Origin: an uncultured Acidobacteriota bacterium
Lineage (GTDB): Bacteria; Acidobacteriota; Vicinamibacteria; Vicinamibacterales; 2-12-FULL-66-21
NCBI GenBank assembly: GCA_963771395.1
Contig: CAVYTY010000022.1
Coordinates: 10,023-74,022 of the forward strand
DNA: 64,000 nucleotides
Direction: 5' to 3'
The position numbers and the translations under genes were made by a program. Positions 22,151 to 32,679 of this stretch are shown piece after piece (the first letter of the stretch is position 1; each line of letters opens with the position of its first letter). The notes beneath the pieces were generated by a model. The model was not told the DNA's origin and searched no databases. It saw only the letters and a program-made list of their open reading frames with translations.

Positions 22151-23407
22151 ATGAACGACGTGTTGACCCTGATCCTCGGCGGCGGGCGCGGAACGCGCCT
22201 GTTCCCGCTGACGCACATGCGCTCGAAGCCGGCCGTCCCGCTCGCGGGCAAGTACCGGCTGATCGACATCCCGATCAGCAACTGCCTGCACGCCGGCCTC
22301 GAACGCATCTTCGTGCTGACGCAGTTCAATTCCGCATCGCTCAACCGCCACGTCGCGCAGACCTACCGGCTGGACATGTTCTCGGAGGGCTTCGTCGAGG
22401 TGCTCGCCGCGGAGCAGACGCCCGACAACTCTGACTGGTTCCAGGGCAGCGCGGACGCCGTGCGACAGGCGGCGCGTCATTTCAAGGGCTTCGACGCGGA
22501 CTATTACCTCATCCTTGCGGGCGACCACCTCTACCGCATGGATTTCAACGAGCTCCTCGAGTCCCACATCGAGGGGAATGCCGACATCACGATCGCCGCG
22601 CAGCCGGTCACGGCCGAACATGCCACGCAGATGGGGATTCTCAAGTTCGACGACCTGGGCGAGATCACAGGCTTCGAAGAGAAACCGTCACTCGAGCGCC
22701 TGGCCCAGATCGGCGGGAGCACTCCGAAGGGCGTCATCGCGGGCGGCGCTACGCACGAGAAGCCATTCGTCGCGTCGATGGGCATCTACGTGTTCAACCG
22801 CGAAGTCCTGCTCGAGATACTCGACCAGCCCGGCATCGACTTCGGCAGGGAGATCATCCCGAAAGCGATTTCCACTTACGCCGTCAGCCCGTACGTGTTT
22901 CGCGGCTACTGGGCTGACGTCGGCACGGTCGACTCGTTCTACGAGGCCAACATCCACTTGACCCGGCGCGGGGCGCCGTTCAACTTCTTTCACCCCCGCT
23001 GGCCGATCTACACCCACCCGCGGTTCCTGCCGGCCACGCGAGTGTTCGAGAGCCGCCTCGACTCGACGATCGTCGCCGAAGGGTGTTATCTCGATCGCTG
23101 CGCGATCGCGAGCTCCGTCGTCGGTATCCGCACCAAAATCTGTCCCGGCGCGAGCATCACGCGATCGGTGCTGCTCGGCGCCGACGTCTACGAGGAGGAC
23201 GCGGAGGCGCGCGCCATCCCGCTGGGAATTGGCCGCGACGTGGTGCTGGATCGCGTGATCGTGGACAAGAACGCGCGGATAGGCGACGGCGTCCGGCTCG
23301 TGAACGAATCGGGCGTCCAGCACGCCGACGGGGACGGCTACTACATCCGGAACGGCATCATCATCGTTCCCAAGGGCGCGCAGCTCCTGCCCGGCGTGGT
23401 CGTCTGA
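22151..23407 (+). CDS. glgC: Glucose-1-phosphate adenylyltransferase
   Basis: LGGGRGTRLFPLT, KPAVPLAGKYRLIDIP, WFQGSADAVRQ, GDHLYRMD, ASMGIYVF. Confidence 0.95.
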   Translation: MNDVLTLILGGGRGTRLFPLTHMRSKPAVPLAGKYRLIDIPISNCLHAGLERIFVLTQFNSASLNRHVAQTYRLDMFSEGFVEVLAAEQTPDNSDWFQGSADAVRQAARHFKGFDADYYLILAGDHLYRMDFNELLESHIEGNADITIAAQPVTAEHATQMGILKFDDLGEITGFEEKPSLERLAQIGGSTPKGVIAGGATHEKPFVASMGIYVFNREVLLEILDQPGIDFGREIIPKAISTYAVSPYVFRGYWADVGTVDSFYEANIHLTRRGAPFNFFHPRWPIYTHPRFLPATRVFESRLDSTIVAEGCYLDRCAIASSVVGIRTKICPGASITRSVLLGADVYEEDAEARAIPLGIGRDVVLDRVIVDKNARIGDGVRLVNESGVQHADGDGYYIRNGIIIVPKGAQLLPGVVV

Positions 23408-23432
23408 GTAGGGGCGGTTCCAGAACCGCCCC
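23408..23432. terminator. GTAG-type REP-like hairpin or bidirectional terminator
   Basis: gta-GGGGCGGTTC-ca-GAACCGCCCC, a perfect 10-bp stem between convergent genes. Confidence 0.6.
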
Positions 23433-23438
23433 GCCGCA

Positions 23439-24965
23439 TCAACGTTCCGGACCCGTCGTGCTATTGCTCCGCGGGGGCTTGGTGACCAGGATGCGATCGA
23501 GCTCGTCGCCCTGTTCGGAGATCTGCTTCAGCGTCAGCCGCCCGCCATCGACATCGACCACCGTGAACGAGTACACGTCACTCACGAGCTTTGTCGTGTA
23601 GGGCTGCCACGTCGGCACGTTGTCGGTCTGGTCCGGATCATAGGCGCCCGCCCCGCCGGCGCCAGTCACGATGTACAGCACGCCGTCGGGAGTGGTGTCG
23701 CCCACTCCATCGAACGTGTCGTCGATCTCGAAATCGCCGTCGACCACGTAGGCGTTGCCAGCCTTGAAACTGCCGTCAGGCGCCGGCTTGGCGAGGAACT
23801 TGAGCGGGCGCGTGCGCTGGTAGTTGTGCACGTGGCCGTTGAACACGACGTCGACGCCGCGGTGCTCGAGTATGTCGCTGATGAGCCGCATCTGCTGCTC
23901 GGTGAAATGCGCGCGAGACGAATTGAACGGCGGGTGGTGAAAGACAACGAACTTCCACGTGGCGTTGCGGGCCGCCGCCAGATCCCGCGCCAGCCAGTTG
24001 CGAAGGTAGGCATCCGACCAGTCGACGTGTCGGTTCGAATCGAGGAACGTCCAATGGGAGTTGCCGTAGTCGAAGGAGTAGTTGGCCATTCGCGGGAAGG
24101 TCGATCGGATGATCCCGAGGTGGGTCTTGAGGCGGTCCGCCGGGCCTTTGATCACCGGAGTATTCGGTATTCCAGGCTGCGTATACGGGCCGTTGAGCGG
24201 AAGTGCCCACGCCAGGAAATACGCCTGCCCGTCAGGATCGCGATCGAGATCGCCCGTACCGGCGTCGTGGTTGCCGTAGGCGCCGAACGACAGGCGCGAG
24301 CGGATGAGCGGCGCCCCTGTTTCCGCGCTCGCCGCGTCCGCGTTGTAAATCGGAAAGTACTTGGCCCGATACTCGGCCATGCGACCCGTCGAATAGACGA
24401 TGTCACCGGCAATGGCGAAGAAGTCAGGTTGCGCCCGGTGCATCTGATGAACGATGCGTCTCTCCTGTTCCGTATCGGCGCCGGTATCACCCGTGACCGC
24501 GAAGCGGTACGGCTGGTCCGCAGATGCGCGGGTCTTGCCCTTCGCGGTGAAAACGACCTGACTGTTCCTCGACACGCGATATTCGAACTCGCGGCCCGGC
24601 TCGAGCCTCGTGAGCGGCACATTGAACAGCCGGTAGAGACTATCCGGCGTCTCGACGAGCCGTCCACCGGTCACGATCGCAGAACGCCACGGATCGCTCT
24701 GCCGCTGCCGTACGTCGACGCTCCACTTCGCGCCAGCGTCGTTCGCGGCCTGCCACAGCACGCGCACGGGCTCCGAGGGCGAGAGTTTCGGCAGATCGCC
24801 GAGCTGCAAGTACGGCTTGACGATGAACGGGCTGTCCGGCGCCCCCGTCGTCTGATCGGCAGCAGGCAGCGCCATTCCCGCCATCGTCGCGAGGACGGCA
24901 AGCATTGCGAGCGCGCCCAGCGAACGCCCGGACCGGGCGACTCCAACCGCAACGAGTGGCATCAT
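23439..24965 (-). CDS. Secreted metallophosphoesterase (purple acid phosphatase-like)
   Basis: GDTG, GDIVY, GNHD, FHHPP and GHVHNYQR motifs; GAGGAG ribosome-binding site. Confidence 0.88.
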   Translation of the reverse strand: MMPLVAVGVARSGRSLGALAMLAVLATMAGMALPAADQTTGAPDSPFIVKPYLQLGDLPKLSPSEPVRVLWQAANDAGAKWSVDVRQRQSDPWRSAIVTGGRLVETPDSLYRLFNVPLTRLEPGREFEYRVSRNSQVVFTAKGKTRASADQPYRFAVTGDTGADTEQERRIVHQMHRAQPDFFAIAGDIVYSTGRMAEYRAKYFPIYNADAASAETGAPLIRSRLSFGAYGNHDAGTGDLDRDPDGQAYFLAWALPLNGPYTQPGIPNTPVIKGPADRLKTHLGIIRSTFPRMANYSFDYGNSHWTFLDSNRHVDWSDAYLRNWLARDLAAARNATWKFVVFHHPPFNSSRAHFTEQQMRLISDILEHRGVDVVFNGHVHNYQRTRPLKFLAKPAPDGSFKAGNAYVVDGDFEIDDTFDGVGDTTPDGVLYIVTGAGGAGAYDPDQTDNVPTWQPYTTKLVSDVYSFTVVDVDGGRLTLKQISEQGDELDRILVTKPPRSNSTTGPER

Positions 24966-25232
24966 GCCTGTCAGCTCCTCAGTCGGCCGGGCCCGGCTCC
25001 GTCCGAGCAGGACGGTACAGCCTCTCCCGGACCCGTGCTCGCGTGCCGGGACGCGCCGCACCGTGATGCAGATGTTCCACCTCGTTGACGCGCTCGTCAA
25101 GTGGCGAACCTAGAGTCGGACGTGCAGTTGGGCGACGCGGCTCGCGGTTCGCTTGCCGCGCGGAAGAGCTCCGGAGGCCGAACGGCTAGCAGCGAGCAGC
25201 GGACAGCGACAAGGCACAATGAGGAGGCCACG

Positions 25233-25442
25233 ATGGATCCAGATCACGTCAGAGAGGCGCAAACACGAATAGAACGAGAGTACCGTGAACTGCCCGGACT
25301 GAGTCTCACCGAGCGTCAGGTGCGAAAACTGTGGGGACTCCCCGGCGATCTGTGCGAAGCGGCGCTCGACGAACTGGTCCGACGGGACTTTCTTGTTCGG
25401 ACAGCGGGCGGAACGTTCTTGCGTCGCACAACGCTCCTTTGA
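25233..25442 (+). CDS. Small winged-helix-like hypothetical protein
   Basis: GAGGAGG ribosome-binding site; EYRELPGLSLTERQVRKLWGL...ALDELVRRDFLVRT. Confidence 0.65.
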   Translation: MDPDHVREAQTRIEREYRELPGLSLTERQVRKLWGLPGDLCEAALDELVRRDFLVRTAGGTFLRRTTLL

Positions 25443-25458
25443 GGGTGCGTCGGCAGCT

Positions 25459-25716
25459 TCACGATCGCAGACAGGTCCATCCGCGATCCATCATGCGCGT
25501 ACGCCAGCGGTCTGCCAGCGCAAACGCCTGCTCATGTCGCTCGCAGCGTTCGGCCCGCAAGAGATCGCCGTCCATCAGCACCTGCAGTTCCAGCCCATCC
25601 GCCAGGGCCAGCAGGACGCAGCGCGCGGTGGATTCGCCGCGTTTCAACATCCACGGCGTGCCAATATCACGCTGCACTCGATCACGGTCAGGAGCGGCCG
25701 CTCGGGACTCAGCCAT
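25459..25716 (-). CDS. Small hypothetical protein (paralog of 26946..27228)
   Basis: DIGTPWMLKRGESTARCVLL...FALADRWRTRMMDRGW. Confidence 0.65.
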   Translation of the reverse strand: MAESRAAAPDRDRVQRDIGTPWMLKRGESTARCVLLALADGLELQVLMDGDLLRAERCERHEQAFALADRWRTRMMDRGWTCLRS

Positions 25717-25839
25717 GGCACACCTCGTAGGGAGCGACTCCGGTGCGGAACTGCACCCATGCATCCTACGCGGCGGGCACGATCACTACGTGAATCCCGC
25801 GTAACAACTGTGTGTACTCCCCGTCCTGCGCCGAAGCGC

Positions 25840-26683
25840 TTACCGCAGCAACAGCTGAGCCAGCCCGAGAAACAAGAAGAACCCCATACTGTCTGTGATG
25901 AACGTGAGCATCACGCTCGCGCCCTGGGCGGGATCCCGACGGGCTCGATGCAGAATCAGTGGCACGGCGATGCCGGTGACGGCAGCGACGATCAGGTTCA
26001 GCAGCACCGCCGTCATCATGACCGCCCCCAAGGCCGCATCCCGGTAGAGGACGAAGGCGAGCAGCCCCGTCACGGCCCCCCACATGAGTCCGTTGACCAG
26101 GCTGACGGTCAGTTCCTTCCGGATCAATTGCCCGTGCTGCTCGCGGAGCTGGTCGAGTGCCAGAGCGCGGATGACCAGCGCGACGGTCTGATTACCTGTG
26201 TTTCCCCCGATACTGGCGACAATCGGCATCAGGGCGGCGAGCGCGACGACGCTGGCGATCGTCTCCTCGAACTGTGAGATGACGCGGGAGGCGAGGAACG
26301 CCGTCACGAGGTTGAGGGCCAGCCAGGGCCAGCGGTTCTGTACCGACTGGCGAACGCTCGCAAACAGACCCTCCGCACCGCGCAGGCCGGCGCGGGTCAG
26401 CGCCAGCTGCTCGGAAGACTCGCGCAGATAGTCCATGACCCGGTCGATGGTGATCCGGCCGACGAGCTCCCCGCGATCGTCTACGACCGGCGCAGACACG
26501 AGATCGTATTTCTCGAACGCCTTCGCCGCCTGCGCGGCCGCATCCTCAGGAGCTTCGCCGGAGAGAAATGCCAGGTCGTCGGCGTCGAGCGTGCGGAGCG
26601 CGCCCACGAGCTCGTCGCGATTCAGTTCCTCGATGAGCGAGGCTCGAACCGCCTCGCTCGCCTCGACAGGCTTCGGCTGACAT
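25840..26683 (-). CDS. mgtE: MgtE-type Mg2+ transporter with shortened cytoplasmic region
   Basis: One CBS domain (FEKYDLVSAPVVD...GRITID); membrane domain RWPWL, MPIVASIGGNTGNQT, TFITDSMGFF. GGAGGG site before ATG 26683, with an indel just after it. Confidence 0.8.
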
Positions 26684-26945
26684 GATTCCCTCCCCCTTCT
26701 CGACAGACCGCTGGAATGTGAGCGGCTTCCTGACGCAGGAGAGAGCGTACCACTGGCCGGTGCCGGTTCAGTTTGCGGCGCTCGCGTGAATTCGTCACGT
26801 CAACGAATCCGCTGCACACGCTTGCCTGTCAGCTGAAGAGGAGCGGACGACCGGAATGTCGGCCAAGGGGTTGCCGGCGCGCGGTATCGCACGTCACGGC
26901 ACGAGCAGAGAGCCTGTCTGACCTGGGCGACCGACGCCGATCCGC

Positions 26946-27228
26946 TCACCGTCGTGTGATACCGTCGGCTTTCTTCCAACCGTGTTCGGCCATCCGGCCT
27001 CGCCACCGTTCCGCGAGCTCGAACACTTCGTGCTGGATCTCGCAGCGCTGCGACAACAGCAGTTCGCCGTTCACGAACACGTGCAGCTCGCACGCCTCCG
27101 CAAACGCCAACAGCGCGCACCGTGCGGTGCACTCGTCCGCTGGAGGGTCCACGAGTCCCTATGTCCTCTCCCTGGCTTCCCTCGGTGAGCGCCGGAGATG
27201 CGTCGCGCATTCTTCTGACCTCGACCAT
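26946..27228 (-). CDS. Small hypothetical protein (paralog of 25459..25716), two indels
   Basis: Reconstructed DIGT-WTLQR-ECTARCALL...FELAERWRGRMAEHGW. Confidence 0.6.
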
Positions 27229-27420
27229 GGAGATCGTCGCTAACGGACTACCTGCACGCAGTATGGGGCGTGCGGATGATCACAGCATGACGTTGTGCAA
27301 CGAACGCGCAGGCGGGTGCGTCTCGCAGACGCGTGCAATCGCAGTCCCGTGCTCGGCGTCACGCAGAAATGTTCCAGACGAGGACAAGATAAAGAGCGCC
27401 CTGGTGCGGTAGCGAGGGCT

Positions 27421-28398
27421 TTACCGCGACAGAGGTCCGTAGGCCTTCGCCGCCACGTCCGGGAAGTCCGTGAACACACCGTCAACGCCCAGCTGGCGGA
27501 ACTGCTCGAACTCCGCCTCGGGTTTCCCCTGGTAGCCCGCCGGCAGGAACTCCTTGTCGACACGAATGGTCCAGACGTGCACCAGAAGTCCCAGCGCATG
27601 CGCGCGAGTCACCAGATCGGTGGGCGTGCCAAGCGACCCGTCCGGATTCACCGGCACGAGGAGACGCTTTTCCGGCCCGATGGCATCGGCGTACTCGGTG
27701 ATGCTCTTCAGCCCACTGCCTTCGACCATCGCGGCGCCGCTGACGAGTTGGACGAGCCGCACTTCCGTCTTCCGCCGCAGCTCGCGCAGGTTGCCCTGCT
27801 CGAACGACTGGATGAATACCGGCGCATCACGGCGATTCCAGCCGTGTCTGGTCAACGACGCGAGCAGAGGCTCCTCGAGCGGCAAGTGAATGCCGCGAAA
27901 GTACGTCGGGTGCTTCGTCTCGGGATAGATTCCGACGGGCCGCCCACGGGCGCCGCCGAGCTGCTGCGCGAGCGCGATGACTTCGTCAAACGTGGGGATC
28001 TGAAACTGGCCATCATAGGCGTGCGACCTGAAGGTCAACCGCTCCCGCGCGCGAAGCGTTTTGACCTCCGCCAGCGTGAAGTCTTCGCTGAACCAGCCCG
28101 TCAGCGACTGGCCGTCAATCGTCCTGGTGCGCTTGCGCTCGGGAAACCGGTCCGCGACATCCGTCGTCCCGCTGATTTCGTTCTCGTGCCGCGCAATGAG
28201 GACACCGTCTTTCGTCGAGACGAGATCCGGCTCGATGAAATCCGCGCCCATCTCTACCGCCAGGCGATAGGCCTCGAGCGTGTGCTCGGGACGATGCCCA
28301 CTCGCGCCACGGTGCGCGATGATGAGCGGCCTCGGCGGAGCCGTCGCCGCCGAGGCCGAGGCGAAGAGCAGGACCAGTACGACGGAGCGCCCTACCAC
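27421..28398 (-). CDS. glpQ: Glycerophosphodiester phosphodiesterase
   Basis: IIAHRGASG..PEHTLEAY, FIEPDLVSTKDG, IYPETKHP, FIQSFE, GVDGVFTDFPD. GTG start overlaps the receptor stop. Confidence 0.92.
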   Translation of the reverse strand: MVGRSVVLVLLFASASAATAPPRPLIIAHRGASGHRPEHTLEAYRLAVEMGADFIEPDLVSTKDGVLIARHENEISGTTDVADRFPERKRTRTIDGQSLTGWFSEDFTLAEVKTLRARERLTFRSHAYDGQFQIPTFDEVIALAQQLGGARGRPVGIYPETKHPTYFRGIHLPLEEPLLASLTRHGWNRRDAPVFIQSFEQGNLRELRRKTEVRLVQLVSGAAMVEGSGLKSITEYADAIGPEKRLLVPVNPDGSLGTPTDLVTRAHALGLLVHVWTIRVDKEFLPAGYQGKPEAEFEQFRQLGVDGVFTDFPDVAAKAYGPLSR

Positions 28399-31300
28399 AG
28401 CAGCTTGAACCCGAGCTGGAGCTGGCGCGGATCGTAGGTGGAGGTAATCGTGCCGAAGGCGGCGGCGCTGCGGTTGCCATTCGGCGCGCGGAAGTTCGTA
28501 CGGTTCAGCAGGTTGAAGGCCTCGAAGCGGAACTCGAACTGCGCCGGACCGCCGAGGGCGAACCGCTTGGAGGCCGCCAGATCGAACTGCCAGAACATCG
28601 GGCCGCGCACGGAGTTGCGGGTTGCGTTCCCGAACGGCTGGCTGGGATCGGTCGGAGCGACCACGCATGCCCTGTTGAACCAGTTGTTGATCGTGCGCTC
28701 GGCGCCTGAGGCCATCGGGTCGCACGTCACGTTCGGACGGTAGTTGTTCGCGCCGCGGAAGTCCTGGACGATGCCGGAAACCACGGCCGTCGCACCGGGG
28801 CTGTAGGTGAACGTGACCGGCTCTCCGGCGAACATCGAGTTGATGCCCGCGAGCTGCCAGCCGCCGATGAACGCATCCATCAGCGGTGATGCGCCCGACC
28901 CCCAGCGGCGGCCCGTCCCGAACGGCAGCGACCACACGAAGCTCGTGGTGCTGTTGTACGGCTGGTGATAGTTCGACAACCCGAAGTCCGCCTCCATGTT
29001 GCGGAAGTCCTGCGGCGCCGGGAAGTTGCCATTCGAGTTCTCGAGCGACTGCGCGCCGTTGTCCTCGGTTTCCGAGAGCGTCAGCGAGCTCAGCAGTGTC
29101 AGCTCGCGGCTCATACGCCACTCGAACTTGGTCTGCAGGGCCTTGTAGCGGGACTTGCCCCCGTTGAACGCGTAGGTGATGTCGGAATAGCTGGGGTTGG
29201 GGCGGCGGTCCTGCAACTGGATCGTCCCAGCGGAATTGTTCGGGAACGCCTGGTTGTAGTTGGCAAAGAGCAGCAGATCCTCGGCCCGGTTCCCCACGTA
29301 TGCGACGTCGAGCAGCATGTTGTGGCGCAACTCGCGCTGAACGGAGATGTACCAGCTCTGAACCGGGCTCGAATGGAAGTCCGGTGGCATGTAGGTGATG
29401 TTCGCCGTCAACGGGTTGAACTTCGACGGGTCGGCAAGGCCAACCGGGTAACCCTGTTCCGCTGGCACGAACGAAGGCGAGGTCGGCAGCGTCTGGTTCA
29501 CCACCGCGTTGACCACCTGTGGCCCGTTGATGGGCAGGATGTCTCCACCGCCGGCGCGGCTGAAGTGCACGTAGCTGACGCCGTAACCGCCGCGAACGAC
29601 AGTGCCCGGAGTCACCGTGTAGGCGAACCCGAGCCGGGGGCCGAAGTTGTTCCGGTCGGGGTTGATCAAGCGCGCGATCGTAAACCGAGCCATCCTTCGC
29701 CAGGATCATCGAGTTCGTCGCCGGATCGAAGTTCGACAGCACGTTGTTCTTTTCCCAGTAGGGCGTCGAGTACTCGTAGCGCAGGCCCAGGTTCAAGGTC
29801 AGCCGGCTCGTGGCGCGCCAGTCGTCCTGCACATAGGCAAAGTGCATGTTCCGGCGGAGGTCCGCCACGAGCACGCTGCTGAGCGCGTACTGCGCGCGCA
29901 GGCCGAGCATGAAGTCGGCAAGGTTGTAGAGGTTGCTCGAGGCGGCGCCGGTGGGACGGGTGAACTGACCGTTGTACGTATCGCGGCCGTAGAGCGGGTT
30001 CACGTCCTGCACCTGCGTGTCAATCCGCTGGAATTCGTATCCACTCTTGAACGAATGCGCCTTCATCGTCCAGGTGTAGTTCACTTTCGGGTTGTAGACA
30101 GTCGGGTACTGCCACTGCGGATTGGTCGCCTGCCGACCGAGGTCGGAGTAACCCGTGATGAGCTGCGTCGGAAGACCGCCCGCGATACGGCTGTCGGTGG
30201 GCAGACCGGGCAGGCCGAACGCATCGAGCGCGCTCTCGCTGCCAAGCGCCGGCGGGTCCTTGCCGGCCTCGGTCCACGAATAGCCGAACCGCACCTCCAG
30301 GAGCGACGTAGTACTCGGTACCCACGTGCTCCCCAGGACCAACTGGCGGTTGCGCGCGTAGATGTGCCCGTTGCCGGCGCCGCCGGACGGCAGCGGAATG
30401 TTCGGCTGATCGTCGGTGGTCAGATTCCGAAACCCGTAGCGACCGAACATCGAAAGGGACGGGCTCGCCTGCAGGTCGATCTTGCCCCCGGCCTTGTTGG
30501 AATCAGCGGTGAACTGCTGCAGGCTGCTGTAGTTGTTCGTGGTGCCGGAAACGTTCGTGTCGGGGAGCGCCGACAGGACCTCGCGCGCAAAGGCGGTCAT
30601 CGGGATCGAGGCACCGGCCGGATACACGACGCCGGTGCGCGGGTCGCGCACGTCGACCGACATGATGCCCTGCCGCTGCGCCGGCGTGGCAATGGTCGCA
30701 AAGCCGGTCGCCTTCCGCGTCTGGCGCAGGCCCTCGTAGTCAGCGAAGAAGAACGCTTTGTTCCTCACGATCGGACCGCCAACGACTCCGCCGAACTGGT
30801 GCCGATCGAGCTCGGGTTTGCCCGTCGCCGGCTTGAAGAATCCTGTCGCATTCATGCTCGTATCGCGGAGGAAGTCCCAGCCGCTGCCGTGCAGCGCGTT
30901 CGTGCCGCTCCGGTAGTTCACGTTGATCGTCGCTCCCGCGGCGCGGCCGTATTCCGCGCTCAAGTTGTTCGTCACGACCTTGAACTCGCCGATGGCGTCC
31001 GGTGACGGCTGCATGACCTGGTTCGAAAAGCCCTGGTTGCTGGTGCCATAGGCATTGTTGTCGACGCCGTCAATCAGGAAGTTGTTGAAGGGGCTCCGCA
31101 GGCCGTTCACGTTCAACGCTCCCTCACGCGGCGTGTTGCCGGTCGTGAGCGACGACCCGGCGAGCTTCACGCCGGTCGTCAGCAGTGCCAGCGACGAGTA
31201 CTCGCGCGAGAGCAGCGGCAGCGCGCGCGTCTGATCGCCGGTGATCACCTGGCCCCGCTGGCTCGAGTCTGTCTCGAGCAGCGGCGACGACGCCGTCACC

Positions 31301-31647
31301 TCGACCTTCTCGGTGACCTGGCCCACCGGCATCTGCAGATCCACGCGAAGGCGCGCGCCAACCTGCACGACGACGTTCTCGACCAGTGCCAGCGCGAACC
31401 CGCTCTTTTCAGCGGTGACGACATAGATACCGGGCTTCACCGCGGGAAACTCGAAGCTGCCGTTGTCGCTCGACGTCCTGACGACGGAAATGCCCGTGTC
31501 GACGCCGGTGAGCGTGACTTTGGCCGTAGGGACGACCGCGTTGGTGGCGTCGCGGACGGTGCCAACGACGGTCGCCGAATCAAACTGCGCCCGCGCCGTC
31601 GAAGCCGTCAAAAGCACCGCGAATGCACAGAAAAGTCCGACACGCAT
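28392..31647 (-). CDS. TonB-dependent receptor (Oar-like); frameshift near 29670
   Basis: GTVRDATNAVVP, NNFLIDGVDNN, HQFGGVVGGPI, then DRNNFGPRLGFAY through PRQLQLGFKLLW. Confidence 0.88.
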
Positions 31648-31737
31648 GGATGCACCTCGAGTGGAAGTTTCTCTAGGCGAAAACCTATCGGTTTTGTGCA
31701 ACGGCCGCAAGAACTGAATGCAACTTGGGCGTGAACA

Positions 31738-31932
31738 GGTTCAGGCGGCTTCGCTCCTGAGTTCAGGGGGCTTCGCTGCTGGTTCAGGGGTCTTCGCTCC
31801 TGGTTCAGGGGGTTCAAGGGGTTCAAGAGGTTCAAGGGTTGAACTTCTTGAACCTCCTTTCAAACCGCACTTGAACCCGTGACTCTGAACCCCATTGAAC
31901 CCCCTGAACCAGAGAGCGAAGAAACCTGAACC
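31738..31932. repeat. GGTTCA/TGAACC short-period long inverted repeat
   Basis: Left arm has about three 21-nt GGTTCAGGGGNCTTCGCT units then 9-nt GGTTCAAGN units; right arm has TGAACC units including the reverse complement of the 21-nt unit. Confidence 0.85.
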
Positions 31933-32096
31933 ATCCCACCCTTCATCCCGTCGTCCCCACGTTCGTCACGAAACGTGTCCGATCGTTTCGCACGCGCACA
32001 CTTGCAAACGAGAGTGCTGCCGCTCACGTCTAAGCACGCGATAACACCAGAACGTGCCGTGCGCGCCCCGAGCGCCCGACGTAGAGGAGACGCGTC

Positions 32097-32639
32097 ATGC
32101 TCTCATTGCTGACTGTGGGACTCGTGGTCGCACTCGTGCCCGCGGATCCGGCCGCGCCCGCACCGTCCTCGGCGATCTCGCCCGCGCACTTCCTCCTGCT
32201 GAACGCGCCCGACCGTCGCGTGCGCGCGCCCGAGGCCCGCGTCCAGTTGTTGCTGGCCGAAGGGCTGCATCGTTCACGCACGTTCGCCTCGCTCATGACG
32301 GCGCTCAACCGGACCGACGTCATCGTGTATGTCGAATCCGTGATGACCCTGCCGAAGGACACCAACGGGCGTTTGACGATGGTGCCGCGCGGCAAAGGCG
32401 AGTTCCGCTACCTGCGCGTGCAGATCCGCGCCGACCTGTCGAGGCAGGAGTCCATCGCGCTCATCGGGCACGAACTGCAGCACGCGCTCGAGATCGCCGA
32501 GGCCACTGAGGTCCGCGACTCGACGAGCCTGGTCAGGTTGTACGAGCGGATCGGACACATGAGCATCGGAGACCATGCGTACGACACCGAGGCCGCACGC
32601 GACACCGGCCGCGTGGTCCGGCGGGAGCTGGCCAGCTAG
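32097..32639 (+). CDS. Secreted hypothetical protein with HExxH zinc motif
   Basis: GAGGAG ribosome-binding site, signal peptide, ALIGHELQHALE. Confidence 0.7.
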   Translation: MLSLLTVGLVVALVPADPAAPAPSSAISPAHFLLLNAPDRRVRAPEARVQLLLAEGLHRSRTFASLMTALNRTDVIVYVESVMTLPKDTNGRLTMVPRGKGEFRYLRVQIRADLSRQESIALIGHELQHALEIAEATEVRDSTSLVRLYERIGHMSIGDHAYDTEAARDTGRVVRRELAS

Positions 32640-32679
32640 TCTGGTGTTTGAATTCAGGAGATAGGAGATAGGAGTTCGC

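Noticed and set aside
27421-31710. 1429-aa apparent fusion of a TonB-dependent receptor with GlpQ
   Set aside because: A frameshift near 29670 produces it. The real receptor C-terminus is in ORF 28392..29693, and the joining segment is off-frame sequence.
31738-31932. CRISPR array (also 49733-49907 and 59259-59341)
   Set aside because: Units are 9-21 nt with no unique 30-40-nt spacers, the arms are inverted, and no cas genes are present.
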